From an uncultured delta proteobacterium (GTDB lineage: Bacteria > Desulfobacterota > Binatia > UBA9968), in assembly GCA_963804165.1 (NCBI GenBank), contig CAWDPO010000045.1, positions 160,001-224,000 on the forward strand: 64,000 bases of DNA, written 5' to 3'. Below, piece by piece: positions 1 to 10,796 of the stretch. Each line of letters begins with the position of its first letter. The stretch's first letter is position 1. The notes beneath the pieces are model-generated. The model was not told the DNA's origin. It searched no databases and was given only the letters and a program-made list of their open reading frames with translations. Both the position numbers and the translations under genes were made by a program.

Positions 1-12
1 TCGTTCACCAAT

Positions 13-45
13 AAGGCCCGAGTCTAAACGACCGGGCCTTTTTTT
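13..45 (+). terminator. Rho-independent terminator of an upstream (off-window) gene
   Basis: Hairpin AAGGCCCG-A-GTC-TAAAC-GAC-CGGGCCTT followed by a T run. Confidence 0.75.
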
Positions 46-373
46 GGATATGGAATCGGCCTTTGCTCATCCGACAAATTTGCTTCATGCGTGCTCATAA
101 GTCCGACAGATTTGTTAAAATGAGTGGACATCCGACCACGACCTTTTCGAGAGCTCCTTACCACCCCCTAAGTGGGGTATGTCACAGCGCCACGACCTCC
201 GGCTTCGCCTCACGGCAGATTTAGGCGGTATCGGTCGGACCGCTCAAGAACAAGCCCTTTTTGCCGATTAATAATTGATAGAGCGGTCTATTTGGTTTCT
301 GCCTCAAAACGAGGAAATTGCCGGTCCCGGGACTGCGGCGACTGGATTCCACGTGCGGCGAAGGAGAACAGGC

Positions 374-2903
374 ATGGGCAATGGAGAACTTGACCGTGAC
401 GATCCGCCGAGAGACCCGAGCTCGTCGGTTCGAGCGTTGAAGGAATCCCTCGAGAGCCATCTTACCAAGACGCTTGCGCAAGACGAATTTACGGCGACGA
501 CGCTCGGCCGCTATAACAGTCTTGCCCTGGCTGTCCGGGACCAGTTAATTCACCGCTGGTTGAATACCCAGCGAGCGCATCAACAAGCCGACACCAAGCA
601 GGTTTACTATCTGTCGTTGGAATTTCTCCTGGGACGCATGCTTGGTAATAACCTGATCAACTTGCAGCTCTACGACGAGTCGGCCGACGTCCTGCGCGAG
701 ATCGGTCATCGTCTTGAAGATCTGCGCGAAGTGGAATGGGACGCGGGCCTGGGCAACGGCGGTCTGGGCCGTCTTGCCGCGTGCTTCCTCGATTCGTTGG
801 CAACGCTCCAGCTCCCGGCCTACGGGTACGGCATCCGATACGAGTACGGGATCTTTTTCCAACATATTCGCGACGGCGCGCAGATCGAAACTCCGGACAA
901 CTGGTTGCGCTACGGCAATGTGTGGGAAATCCCCAGACCCGAGCGCATCTATTCGGTGCAGTTTTACGGGCGCGTCGCGCCGTCGGAAAATGGCCATGGT
1001 TCGCGCGGCGAATGGATCGATACCGATGATGTCATCGCCATGGCTTATGACTTTCCGGTACCCGGATACGGCAACGCCACAGCAAACAACCTTAGGCTAT
1101 GGGCCGCAAAATCGACTCGAGAATTCGATCTGGACTATTTTTAATCACGGCGATTACCTGCGCGCCGTCGAGGACAGAGACAAGACGGAAACCATCTCCA
1201 AGATTCTCTACCCCAACGATAGTGTTTCCGCGGGCAAAGAACTCCGTTTGAAGCAGGAGTATTTCTTCGTTTCGGCAACCTTACAAGACATACTCGCGCG
1301 CTACTGCAAGCGCCACGAAAACTTCGACGTATTTTCCGATAAAGTCGCCATTCAGCTCAACGACACTCATCCTTCTCTTGCCATCCCCGAGTTGATGCGC
1401 CTGCTGGTTTATCGCCACAGCCTCTCCTGGAAAGATGCTTGGGCTCTCACGACGCGAACGTTCGCCTACACCAACCACACGGTATTGCCCGAAGCCTTGG
1501 AACGGTGGCCGGTGAGGCTGCTGGAAAAAGTTGTACCGCCCATCTTGCTGATCATTTTCGAGATCAATCGGCGATTTTTGGAGGACGTGGCGAACCGATT
1601 TCCTGGCGACGAGGCGCGCGTTCAGCGGATGTCGTTGATCGAGGAGGGAGAGGAAAAATCAGTGCGCATGGCACACCTCGCAATCGTCGGCAGCCATTCG
1701 ATCAACGGGGTCTCGAGCCTCCACACGCAAATTTTACGAGACGAGGTTTTCCGTGATTTTTTTGAAATGTATCCGGCCCGCTTCAACAACAAGACGAACG
1801 GCATCACCCAAAGGCGCTGGCTCCTCCTCTCCAATCCGGGACTGGCCAAACTGATCACTGAACGTCTCGGCAACGGTTGGGTCACCAATCTGAGCGAGCT
1901 TGGCGCGCTAGTAGGGTTGGCGGACGATGCGGATTTTCGCGCCGCATGGCGGCAGGTCAAAGCCTCCAACAAGGAAGCGCTGGCGGCGGTCATTCGAAAG
2001 CAGACCGGCATTGAAGTTCGGCTGGACTCCATCTTTGATTGCCAGATCAAAAGAATTCACGAATATAAACGACAGCTCTTGAACGTCCTCCATCTCATTT
2101 ATCTTTACAATCGCATCAAGGCCGGAGACAGCATCGTGCCGCGAACCGCGATATTCGCCGGCAAAGCCGCGCCCGGCTATTTCATGGCCAAGCTCGTGAT
2201 CCGGCTGATCACGGCAGTGGCGGATCGAATCAATCGCGACGCCGACGCTGCGCCTTTTTTGAAAGTCGCGATGATTGCTAATTACGGCGTCTCTTTGGCC
2301 GAGAAAATCATACCGGCGGCGGACCTCTCGGAGCAGATTTCCACGGCCGGCACCGAAGCCTCCGGTACCAGTAACATGAAGTTCGCCCTCAATGGGGCGT
2401 TGATCATCGGCACCCTCGACGGCGCCAATGTGGAGATCCTCTACGAAGTCGGCGAAGAAAATATTTTCATCTTCGGCCTCAAGGCAGAGGAGGTGCGCCG
2501 GGCGAAAACAGATGGCTATCAACCGCGCCATTACTACGACAACGTTCCCGAACTAAGGAAAGTCATCGATATGATCGCCGGCGATTTCTTTTCAGCGGAC
2601 GCTCCAGGCCTCTTTAAGCCGATTGTGGAGTCTCTTATTGACGGCGGCGATCCCTATATGGTTCTGGCGGACTTTGAAGCCTACGTGGAATGCCAAAGAA
2701 AAGTATCACTGGCGTACCTGGACCCGGAGGGTTGGTCGCGTCGCTGCATTTTGAATGTCGCACGGATGGGAAGATTTTCCAGCGATCGGACGGTCAAGGA
2801 ATACGCCCAAGAGATCTGGGGCGTGGAACCAGTCCCGGTAACCTCTTCCTCGACCATAACACCGCTCACGACTTCAACGGTCGAACGTCGCGCGAAAAAC
2901 TAA
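374..2903 (+). CDS. glgP: Glycogen/starch phosphorylase, split by a +1 indel in the T run at ~1138-1142
   Basis: RBS AAGGAG at 361. Motifs YYLSLEFL, LGNGGLGRLAACF, IQLNDTHP, KRIHEYKRQ and EASGTSNMK (PLP Lys). Removing one T from GAC TAT TTT T AAT CAC restores DYFNHGDY and joins ORFs 275..1144 and 714..2903. Confidence 0.95.
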
Positions 2904-3088
2904 CCCGCACGCTGTCGCGAGACGACTTGGCTAAGAGTTCGATCGAACCACGAATGATGGGCCGTGAGCGTTGAAGCTCCGCAATATTTCTGCACAAATT
3001 TGTCCACACCTGGGCGTTCTCTGCCCGACCTCCGGAAGAATCTGAGTTAAATCTGCGAGAACTCCGGTCATTTTTGACCCAGCGTTGA

Positions 3089-3104
3089 GGGCATGGAAGT
3101 TGCT
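3089..3104 (+). promoter_or_regulatory. Putative sigma-54 -24/-12 promoter
   Basis: GGGCATGGAAGTTGCT has GG-N10-GC spacing and lies 30 bp upstream of the ATG at 3134. Confidence 0.5.
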
Positions 3105-3133
3105 CAGTTCCACCTCCAAACGAGGGTGTGCCC

Positions 3134-3724
3134 ATGACAATATATTTGCGGACAGGTTTCTTTCTGGCTTCTCTGGTATTTTTCGCCGGGACATCGGCAT
3201 TCGCCCAAACCAGCGGCGATGACCTCTATCGTGAATGGGTCGACTACCGGGACGGCGAGATTTCCGTCGACTTTGATCAAACCCCAGTTCAATTTGCGCT
3301 GCACGCCATACATGCCAAGACGGGTTTTCACATCGTGATGCCGGCGACGAGCGAAACTAAAGCAGTGAGTTTCAGGGTCAATCGGCAGGCGCTTGAGCCT
3401 GCCATGCGGTCACTGATCTCGAGGATTGGTTACAAGAACTTTGCTTTCATGTACGACGACAGCGGGCGGCCCCACCGCGCTATCATTCTCGGCAGCCAGC
3501 CGATCGCCGCGGAACCAACCGCGGTCGCGAAGGACGAACCTGCGGCCCAGCCGTTATCCACGGACGAGCGAGCAAAATTGCAGAAAGACCTGGAGCGCTG
3601 GAATGAGCTGAAACAAGAAGAGCGCGGCCGGATCGAAGATCGCTTGAAAAGCTTGCCCGAATCCGAAGAGCGCGAACAGCTGGTCAAGGCGTACGGGCGG
3701 CAGATTTTGGGTCTAGCCAAATGA
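3134..3724 (+). CDS. Exported hypothetical protein with a secretin/TonB N-terminal-like domain and a helical C-terminus
   Basis: Signal peptide ending AFA-Q. ISVDFDQTPVQFALHAIHAKTG resembles STN domains. The C-terminus is a charged helix (LERWNELKQEERGRIEDRLKSLP). Confidence 0.6.
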   Translation: MTIYLRTGFFLASLVFFAGTSAFAQTSGDDLYREWVDYRDGEISVDFDQTPVQFALHAIHAKTGFHIVMPATSETKAVSFRVNRQALEPAMRSLISRIGYKNFAFMYDDSGRPHRAIILGSQPIAAEPTAVAKDEPAAQPLSTDERAKLQKDLERWNELKQEERGRIEDRLKSLPESEEREQLVKAYGRQILGLAK

Positions 3725-3789
3725 ACTGTATTCGTTAAACCGCGATAGAGAAGCCTAAGCGTAACTCTCCGTTTGTTAACGATCGTCCC

Positions 3790-4945
3790 TTATCCTCCCC
3801 ACAATTCCTTCGTTGCGATGCGCGCGCCTTCGGCCATCGCCTGAAACTTTGCCCATCCGACTTGAGGATGCCCAACCCTTGAACCGATCCCGCAGTCGGT
3901 GCCGGCGATGACATTTTCCCGACCCATGATTTTTCCGAAGCGCACCAAACGATCGGCGATCGCCCGGGGATGTTCGATAAAATCACTGTAGTGACCGACG
4001 ACGCCGGGAATGAAAATTTTACCGTCGGGAAACTTGACGTCATCCCACACACGCCACTCGTGATCGTGACAAGGGTTCGACGCCTCGACGGAATACGCTC
4101 GCGGCGCGCACTTTAAGAACCAGATCAATAATGTCTTCTAGCGGAATGTCGTATTTGTGCGGCCCGTGATAGCTGCCCCAGCACATGTGGAAGCGAATCC
4201 GATCGATTGGGAGGTCGCGCAGGCCGTGGTTTAGCGCGTCGATGCGCATCTCTTGGTATTTCCGATAATCGGCCACGGTCATTTCCGGGTGCATCTGCCA
4301 GGCGTCCGCCAAGTCGGGATCATCGATCTGCAGCACGAAGCCGGCGTCGACGATTGCCTTGTACTCCTCGCGCATGGCGTCGGCAATGGCGAACAGATAA
4401 GCCTCATCGGTCGGGTAATACTCATTTTTCATCCAGTGTTCCAAGGTGCCGGGCGCGATCGCCGGCAGAAAAGCTTCTTCATACTTTTTTCCCTGCAGCG
4501 CCGCTTTTAAGTTCGCGATGTCCGCCTTCACCTCGTCGTGGCCGACGTACTTGAGCGGCTCGACGCAGTAAAACACACGAGCGTGGTGGCCGATGGAAGT
4601 TCTGCCGCCACGGTTGAAATATTCGGTGAACTCGATCATATCGCGGCCAAAGATCGATGTCGGTTTGAAATCCGGACTCGCCGGCCGCTCAACGAATCCG
4701 CCAAGTCTTTCTTTGGTGTAGCGCGAAAAATTCGATTTCCCCAGTTCGCCGTCGTTGATAATATCGACACCGCATTCGATCTGCTTTTGCACGACCTCCG
4801 CCACGGCCTCCCGCGTACGGTTGGCGAGCGCTTTCTGATCGAACGGCTTACCCTCGTTTCTGGCCACGAGCATTTCCATCAAATCTTTCGGCCGCGCCAG
4901 GCTGCCCACGTGGGTCACGAGAATGCGATCAGTGCTTCGTTTCAT
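3790..4945 (-). CDS. Cobalamin-independent methionine synthase II family (single-barrel MetE-like), frameshift at ~4100
   Basis: Motifs THVGSL, DGE, QIDDP, HMCWG, VEASNPCH, IPGVV and AGTDCG (Zn ligands). One extra base joins ORFs 4040..4966 and 3790..4128. Confidence 0.88.
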
Positions 4946-4970
4946 GACAACTGCCCTCGCTGCCAATGGT

Positions 4971-5044
4971 TGGAGTAATGGAGTGCTGGAGTATTGGAGT
5001 AATGGAATTCGGAATTAGCATCACTCCAACACTCCAACACTCCA
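4971..5044. repeat. Inverted array of 8-mer tandem repeats
   Basis: TGGAGTAA TGGAGTGC TGGAGTAT TGGAGTAA followed by TCACTCCA ACACTCCA ACACTCCA. Confidence 0.85.
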
Positions 5045-5058
5045 TTTACCCTTTATCT

Positions 5059-6505
5059 TTACGAGCGTTTTTCCATGATGTATTTGATCAGAAACGGCCA
5101 GACTTGTGTCGCATCCGCGAGCATCTCGGCATAAATGCCGTTCTTGTCCGCTTTGCGCCAGGATTCGTTTTCCGAGTAGGTGCAACCCGACAAATGTCCG
5201 AAATGAGGCTTGTCGGGACAGATCCTCACGCCGTAGCTGAAGCGCCGGTTGGGAAACGTCGGGCCGAGCCGTTCGTTGATGATTTCGATCAATGGCGCGA
5301 CATTCTGCACGTTATTGCGCGGCACGCCGCCGCCGATGGAAAAGATGCCGAAGCGTTTCGTGCTCGTGACCAGGCGAATCAATTCTTTGCTGTCGAGCTC
5401 GAGATCCATCAGGATCGGCTTCCTGCCGCGCCGTCTGCGTTTCATATTGTGAATGTAAATATCGTTGCCCAGTTCCGAGTCGACGAAGGCGGGAACGAAC
5501 ACCGGCACGCCGTACTGATAAGCGGATTTTAAAATACCGCGCTCATTCGGATAGTTTTCCGCGAGGTGTTTACCGACGAGCTTGTTGAACGCAGTCGGGC
5601 TGAGCGTCTTTTTACCGTCGATTTTTTCAATCACCTTGCCGATCACTTCCTCAACGGTGTCGAGATTGGTCTCGGGCTCGAGCGTATCGGTCACGCGGTT
5701 GAGCTTGCGGCGCGCCAGCTCGGTGTCGTTGTACTTGGGATTATATTTATAATGCTTGAGCCCAATAGACGAAACCAAACCGTGGGCCATCAACGCGCCG
5801 GTGGACGAGATCGCGTGAATCAGCCCCCGTTCGATCATCTCGCAGATGATCAGATCCATCTTACCGACCGTCATAGCGCCGCTGACGGTTAGAAAGCGCT
5901 TGCAGCTTTTGTCGTTCACCATGGCTTCGAGCGCTTTGGCGCCGCGCGCGACTTGCGCGGCCAAGCCGCCGTAGGTTGCCAGTTTTGCAAGGAACGACTT
6001 CACTGAATCGCGTTTGTCGTTGATCCACTCATCGAGCGCAGCGTAGATCAACGGCATCACGTACCGCGGATCGGCGAAAACGGCATCCGGGAAATAGCCG
6101 TCGCGAATCTGACCGGGTCGCGCCATATCGAATGGGTTGATGAAGATCGCCCGCGCCGGTCTCTGATAGATCGCCTCCGCGTTGCGCTCGGAATAAGCGC
6201 CGACGACGATGACGTTTCCGCCGCGCTTTTTCCCGCGCGCATATTCGCGAAGGCAGCATGATTTGGCGACACCACTTATTCGTTACGAATCTTGTCAAGA
6301 GCAAGCCGAGCGGCGAGTCCGCGATGCCGCTATAGATGAGGATCGGTTTATCTTGCGCCGTCACCATTTCAAAAATCGTGTGGGCGACCTCGCCGAGCAT
6401 GCGCGCGCCGAAGGCGCAGTAGCGCATGGCGCTGACGATCTCGCCCACGCTGTTGCACTCTTGCAAATCGAGCGATCTGAGTTCTTCGAAGGGTAGTGCT
6501 TTCAC
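5059..6505 (-). CDS. Deoxyhypusine/homospermidine synthase family protein with an extra N-terminal DHS-like module, frameshift at ~6247
   Basis: Motifs TVSGAM, STGALMAH, PAFVDSELG, IGGGVPRN, LSGCTYSENESWRK and ADATQVWP. Removing one C joins ORF 6029..6553 to ORF 5059..6126. Start is GTG 6505 or ATG 6553. Confidence 0.85.
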
Positions 6506-6722
6506 GAAAATTTCTCGATGAAGTTTCTTCGTTTCGTAACACGCGGCTATCATTCAGTCAATTTAAGTTCGCGTGACAAGTGAACCAAGTCTGAGTTTTG
6601 TGATTCAATCTGCTTTTCGGAGACGCGCCAGTGTGGGACTGGCATCACGACCACGATCGAGCGCGCAATAGACCCATTCACGTTTGCAAGGGCGCGCGCG
6701 GACAGGAAAATAAAAACTGCGG

Positions 6723-7757
6723 TTACCGCAGCGCGGGCAATACGGACTTGGCGCAACGCTCCATGGACTTCAGCACTTTGTCCTGACTCAAGCCGCCGAA
6801 GTGAAACGTCAAACCGATGTGCGTCGTACCGACCACTTCGACGATGCGCTTGAGGATGCGCACGCAAGTTTCCGGGCCGCCGAAAACGCCGCGGCTGTCG
6901 CGCACCATCGCATCGTAATCCAAATGGCCGATCACACGCTCGTGGGCGGGCGTACCGGGAGCTATATTTTGCGCTTCGAGAGCAAAGCTGCGCCAACTAT
7001 GCCAATGCTCGATCACTTCGGCCCGCGCCTGGGCGTCGCTATCGCCGACGTAGACCGGATACATGGTGAAAATATCTTTATCGTCCACCTTGTGTCCATG
7101 CTCACGCAGCACGGTGCGATACATTTCCATCCGCGGCCCCTGCTCTTCGTTGGTGAAGATCCACGGCAGGGTCATCAGATGGTGGCCGCGCTTCCCAATC
7201 ATTTGAAAACTCTCCGGATCACGGTTCGCAGTGACGTAAATCGGCGGGTGGGGTTTCTGCCGGGGCTGCGGATAAACCCGCAGCTTGGGAAAATGATAAT
7301 GCTCTCCCTGCCACTCGAATTCGCCGCCGCTCCAGGCGCGTAGGATCACGTCGAGCGCTTCCGGCAGCCGCTTCTGTGCGGTGTTCCAGTCATAGCCAAA
7401 GACCGCGTACTCCGTCGGGTGCATGCCGCGTCCGGCTCCGAAATTCACACGCCCGTCGGACAGCTGGTCCACCATGGCGAATTCTTCGGCGATGCGCAGC
7501 GGATTGTGCATCGGGATGATCGACACCGCGGCGCCCAGACGCATACGTTTGGTGCGCTGGGCCGCGGCGGCGAGGATCACCGACGGGCTCGGCATCATGC
7601 CGCCAAAATTACGGAAATGGTGTTCGGTCACCCAAAGTGTGTCAAAGCCCAGCGATTCCGCCGCATCGAACTGTTCCAGCCAATGGCTGTAAACGTCGCT
7701 ACTCTCGCCATCCAATTCCGGAACATAGGTGTTGAGAATGTAATATCCGAATTTCAC
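6723..7757 (-). CDS. LLM-class (luciferase-like) flavin-dependent oxidoreductase
   Basis: Motifs WVTEHHF, HNPLRIAEEFAMVDQLSDGRVNFGAGRG and PRQKPHPPI. Confidence 0.93.
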   Translation of the reverse strand: MKFGYYILNTYVPELDGESSDVYSHWLEQFDAAESLGFDTLWVTEHHFRNFGGMMPSPSVILAAAAQRTKRMRLGAAVSIIPMHNPLRIAEEFAMVDQLSDGRVNFGAGRGMHPTEYAVFGYDWNTAQKRLPEALDVILRAWSGGEFEWQGEHYHFPKLRVYPQPRQKPHPPIYVTANRDPESFQMIGKRGHHLMTLPWIFTNEEQGPRMEMYRTVLREHGHKVDDKDIFTMYPVYVGDSDAQARAEVIEHWHSWRSFALEAQNIAPGTPAHERVIGHLDYDAMVRDSRGVFGGPETCVRILKRIVEVVGTTHIGLTFHFGGLSQDKVLKSMERCAKSVLPALR

Positions 7758-7952
7758 GATCTGAAATCTCCTTATTCATCGCCAATCGGCCGGACGGCTT
7801 TCCCGACCTAGCCACCGTCCCATGTCGGAACACTGAAAATAGGGGGATTTATCCAGGGCGTCAAGTAACGGTGCGACGAAATCGATCGACGTTGGTTTGC
7901 AATCGCACGATGAAATGAGGTTATTATAGAACATATTTTTTAGGAACCTGGA

Positions 7953-8846
7953 ATGAAGCAGTCTCACGTCTCGTCATTACTATTCTTGCGTCTACTCAAT
8001 TATCTCGCGGCATTTCTGATCTTTCTATCTACTCCGCTCAACGCGCAAGAGCTAAGCAAACTTCCCTACGTACCGACACCGCAAATCGTCGTTGACGAGA
8101 TGCTCAAAATGGCCGGCGTCACGGCGAAAGATTTTGTCATCGATCTCGGCTCCGGGGACGGCCGGATGATTATCACCGCCGCGCGAAATTTTAATGCCAG
8201 CGGCATGGGCGTCGACATCGATGCCAAGCTGGTGAACTTGTCCAACAAACAGGCGAAGGCCGACGGCGTTGGTGATCGCGCTAAATTCATCGAGCAAGAC
8301 ATGTTCAAAGCCGAGATCAGTAAAGCCACGGTCATAACACTCTATGTTTTGCCGGATTTCATGGAGAAGCTTCGTCCCAAGCTCATGGCGGAGTTGAAAC
8401 CCGGTACGCGCATTGTCGCGCACGATTATTACATGAGCGAATGGTACCCGGACCGCCAGGTCAGCCTCACCGTGCCGGAAAAAAGGGAGGCCAATGGCAC
8501 CGACAAGGCCTACCTCTATTTATGGATCGTTCCCGCCGTGGTCACCGGCGACTGGCGCATGGAGCTCGATTTCGGTGGCGGCAAACGACAGATTGTCGTC
8601 TTGACGTTGGATCAACAGTATCAGCGGCTGATAAGCGCATGGGCGGATTACGGGCTCGGTGCGATGAAAGTCGAAGAGTCATTGTTGCGAGGAAACGAGA
8701 TCAGCTTCAAACTCACGATCGGCGCGAATCCGTATCAGTTCACCGGCAATATCAACGATGGGAAGATGGAAGGCACTGCCGTCACTCCAGGAAACAGCCG
8801 GCTAATCCCGTGGCGCGCCGGCAAGCTGCCGTTGGAGAAAAAGTGA
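7953..8846 (+). CDS. Class I SAM-dependent methyltransferase with an N-terminal signal/TM segment and a C-terminal beta domain
   Basis: Motifs PYVPTP, DLGSGDGR, GVDID, ITLY and LKPGTRIVAHDY. Hydrophobic N-terminus ending LNA-Q. Confidence 0.88.
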   Translation: MKQSHVSSLLFLRLLNYLAAFLIFLSTPLNAQELSKLPYVPTPQIVVDEMLKMAGVTAKDFVIDLGSGDGRMIITAARNFNASGMGVDIDAKLVNLSNKQAKADGVGDRAKFIEQDMFKAEISKATVITLYVLPDFMEKLRPKLMAELKPGTRIVAHDYYMSEWYPDRQVSLTVPEKREANGTDKAYLYLWIVPAVVTGDWRMELDFGGGKRQIVVLTLDQQYQRLISAWADYGLGAMKVEESLLRGNEISFKLTIGANPYQFTGNINDGKMEGTAVTPGNSRLIPWRAGKLPLEKK

Positions 8847-8965
8847 GTTTGACTTCATGACGCGGGTTTCGTAGGAAAGAGGAAGTTTCAACGAGTCACA
8901 GTTTCAATGAGCAGATTTCCTGTTATCAGCGACAGAAGAATTGACTGAAAGCGAGGGACTTAACG

Positions 8966-10021
8966 ATGAGCACAGCCGCAGCGTATACTGCCGACTCGGT
9001 GTTGGCGGGCGAAAAAATCATTTCGGCGGATTCACACATCATGGAGGCGGACGATTTGTGGGTAAAGAATCTCACTCCGTCTCTAAAACCGAAATATCCC
9101 AACTTTCCCAAACGCAGTTCACCCGGCGAGCGCGACGGCGGTTGGGACCCCAAGGCGCGCATCAGCGAGATGGAAGTCGACGGAGTCTCCGCTGAGGTGC
9201 TTTATCCGACGCTCGGGCTGCGTTTGTTCGCGCTGGAAGACGCCGAACTTCAGGAAGCCTGCTTCCAGATCGCCAACGATTGGATGATCGATTACTGCAA
9301 AGTGACGCCGGGACGCTTGATCGGCATCCCGATGATCTCGCTATACAACATCAAGAATGCCATCAAGGAGCTCGAACGCTGCAAAAAAGCGGGACTCATC
9401 GGCAGCTTGATCTGGCAGGTTCCGCCCGCGCATCTGCCCTTTACCAGCGATTATTACGATCCCTTTTGGGAAGCCTCGGCCGAACTGAATATGCCGGTCA
9501 ACCTGCACATCTTGACCGGCTTTAACTACAGCCGCTTCGAGCGCAAGGGACTCGACACGTACAAGACCGCAGTAAACGATAAGGTCAATGACGCGGCAAA
9601 TACTTTATTCGATCTGGTGTTTACCGGCGTGCTGGCGCGTTTCCCGAAATTGAAACTGGTCTACGTCGAAAACGAGGTCGCCTGGCTGCCCTTCTACATG
9701 CATGAATGGGACAAGTATTATGTGCGCTTTAAAAATAAAGTGCCGCTGCCGTTCATGAAAAAACTCCCCGGCGAATATGTCAACGAGCAAGTGTACGCGA
9801 CGTTTTTCAGCGATCCGTGCGGCGGCCAGCTGATGAACCGCTTCGGTCAGGATACTTTCATGTGGTCCAACGACTATCCGCACGCCGCGTCGACCTGGCC
9901 GCACTCGCGGGACGTGATCGCGCGCGAGCTTGGCCATCTGCCCAAAGAGGTCCTGCGCAAAGTCGTGCGCGAGAACGTGATCAAGCTGTACGATCTGAAG
10001 ATCGACGGCGTTAACAATTGA
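8966..10021 (+). CDS. Amidohydrolase family protein (Amidohydro_2-like)
   Basis: Motifs ISADSH, EVLYPT, NLH and MWSNDYPH. Confidence 0.92.
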   Translation: MSTAAAYTADSVLAGEKIISADSHIMEADDLWVKNLTPSLKPKYPNFPKRSSPGERDGGWDPKARISEMEVDGVSAEVLYPTLGLRLFALEDAELQEACFQIANDWMIDYCKVTPGRLIGIPMISLYNIKNAIKELERCKKAGLIGSLIWQVPPAHLPFTSDYYDPFWEASAELNMPVNLHILTGFNYSRFERKGLDTYKTAVNDKVNDAANTLFDLVFTGVLARFPKLKLVYVENEVAWLPFYMHEWDKYYVRFKNKVPLPFMKKLPGEYVNEQVYATFFSDPCGGQLMNRFGQDTFMWSNDYPHAASTWPHSRDVIARELGHLPKEVLRKVVRENVIKLYDLKIDGVNN

Positions 10022-10049
10022 CTTGCGCGCTGGCTGAAAGCGCGCGCAA

Positions 10050-10077
10050 GTCATCCTGAGCGAACGCGAAGGATCTC
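10050..10077 (+). repeat. GTCATCCTGAG..GAAGGATCTC REP-type palindrome, preceded by a hairpin at 10019-10053
   Basis: GTCATCCTGAGCGAACGCGAAGGATCTC; the same family occurs at 56473, 61791 and 62911. Confidence 0.75.
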
Positions 10078-10110
10078 GACCGAAAAGGAATTTTCAAAAG
10101 GAGAGGTAGC

Positions 10111-10601
10111 ATGCAAACCAGTGCGACCGCGGCAAAAATTCGCGCCGACGACAAGCCAAAGACACAGCTTTTCTCGTTGAAGACGCCTTATATGAAACAG
10201 GGTCGCGTCACCCAACTCGTCGCTGAGACGCCGAATCTATGGATCCACACCAAGATCAATGCCGAAGGCGGCGAAAATGAAATTCATAAGCACCTGAACG
10301 AGGACCACGCATTTATTGTCTTGGAAGGCCAGATGAGCGTGTTCGATGAAAACGGCAACGAGATCGAAGTGAAACAGTATCAGGGCGTGATGATCCCCAA
10401 GGGCGCTTACTACCGCTATCTCAATACCGGCGAAGACAATCTGGTCGTCATACGCGTCGGCGCGGGCACAAGAGGGCAACAGCAGGTCGGTCAGGGAACC
10501 CGCCTCGGCGCCGACGGCAAACCGCTCAAAGTGGCACGCCGGAAAATCGCAATTTGCCGCCCATCGAAGCCGGCACATTCTTCGCCGAGTCGGCGGGCTA
10601 A
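10111..10601 (+). CDS. Cupin domain protein; a probable 1-nt deletion at ~10531 alters the C-terminus in the ORF track
   Basis: RBS AGGAGAGG. Cupin motifs IHKHLNEDHAFIVLEG and IPKGAYY. Restoring a G gives KGGTPENRNLPPIEAGTFFAESAG-stop at 10599-10601, just ahead of a terminator. Confidence 0.8.
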
Positions 10602-10637
10602 CAGTTCGCTTTTGTCTGTCGATTCGATTCACTTTTT

Positions 10638-10667
10638 AAAAGGGCCTTACGACGAGCGGCCTTTTTT
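10638..10667 (+). terminator. Probable intrinsic terminator
   Basis: AAAAGGGCC ... GGCCTTTTTT. Confidence 0.55.
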
Positions 10668-10711
10668 CGTTTGCCGCGCACCGTCAGCGTCTGACCAGCA
10701 AGCAAACGCCC

Positions 10712-10749
10712 TTGACGCTTCGATTGGCCGGGGCGTATAGTCCGGCCAA
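10712..10749 (+). promoter_or_regulatory. Sigma-70 promoter with an overlapping dyad operator upstream of the dehalogenase-like gene
   Basis: TTGACG-N18-TATAGT; a perfect TTGGCCGG-N10-CCGGCCAA straddles the -10. Confidence 0.6.
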
Positions 10750-10796
10750 CTATCGGACCGCACCCCGCTCGATCCTTGTGGAAAGGAGTCGATATC

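Noticed and set aside
1-10. TCGTTCACCA before a terminator could be a tRNA 3' CCA end
   Set aside because: Only 10 nt are visible, with no T-arm or acceptor partner in the window
51-67. Sigma-54 site TGGAATCGGCCTTTGCT upstream of glgP
   Set aside because: GG-to-GC spacing is 11 rather than the required 10
1136-1144. Programmed frameshift or phase variation in glgP (TTT TAA)
   Set aside because: A short T5 run in a window with many similar indels; sequencing error is more parsimonious
4971-5044. CRISPR array suggested by short repeats here and at 58705
   Set aside because: Units are 6-8 bp with no unique spacers, and no cas genes are present
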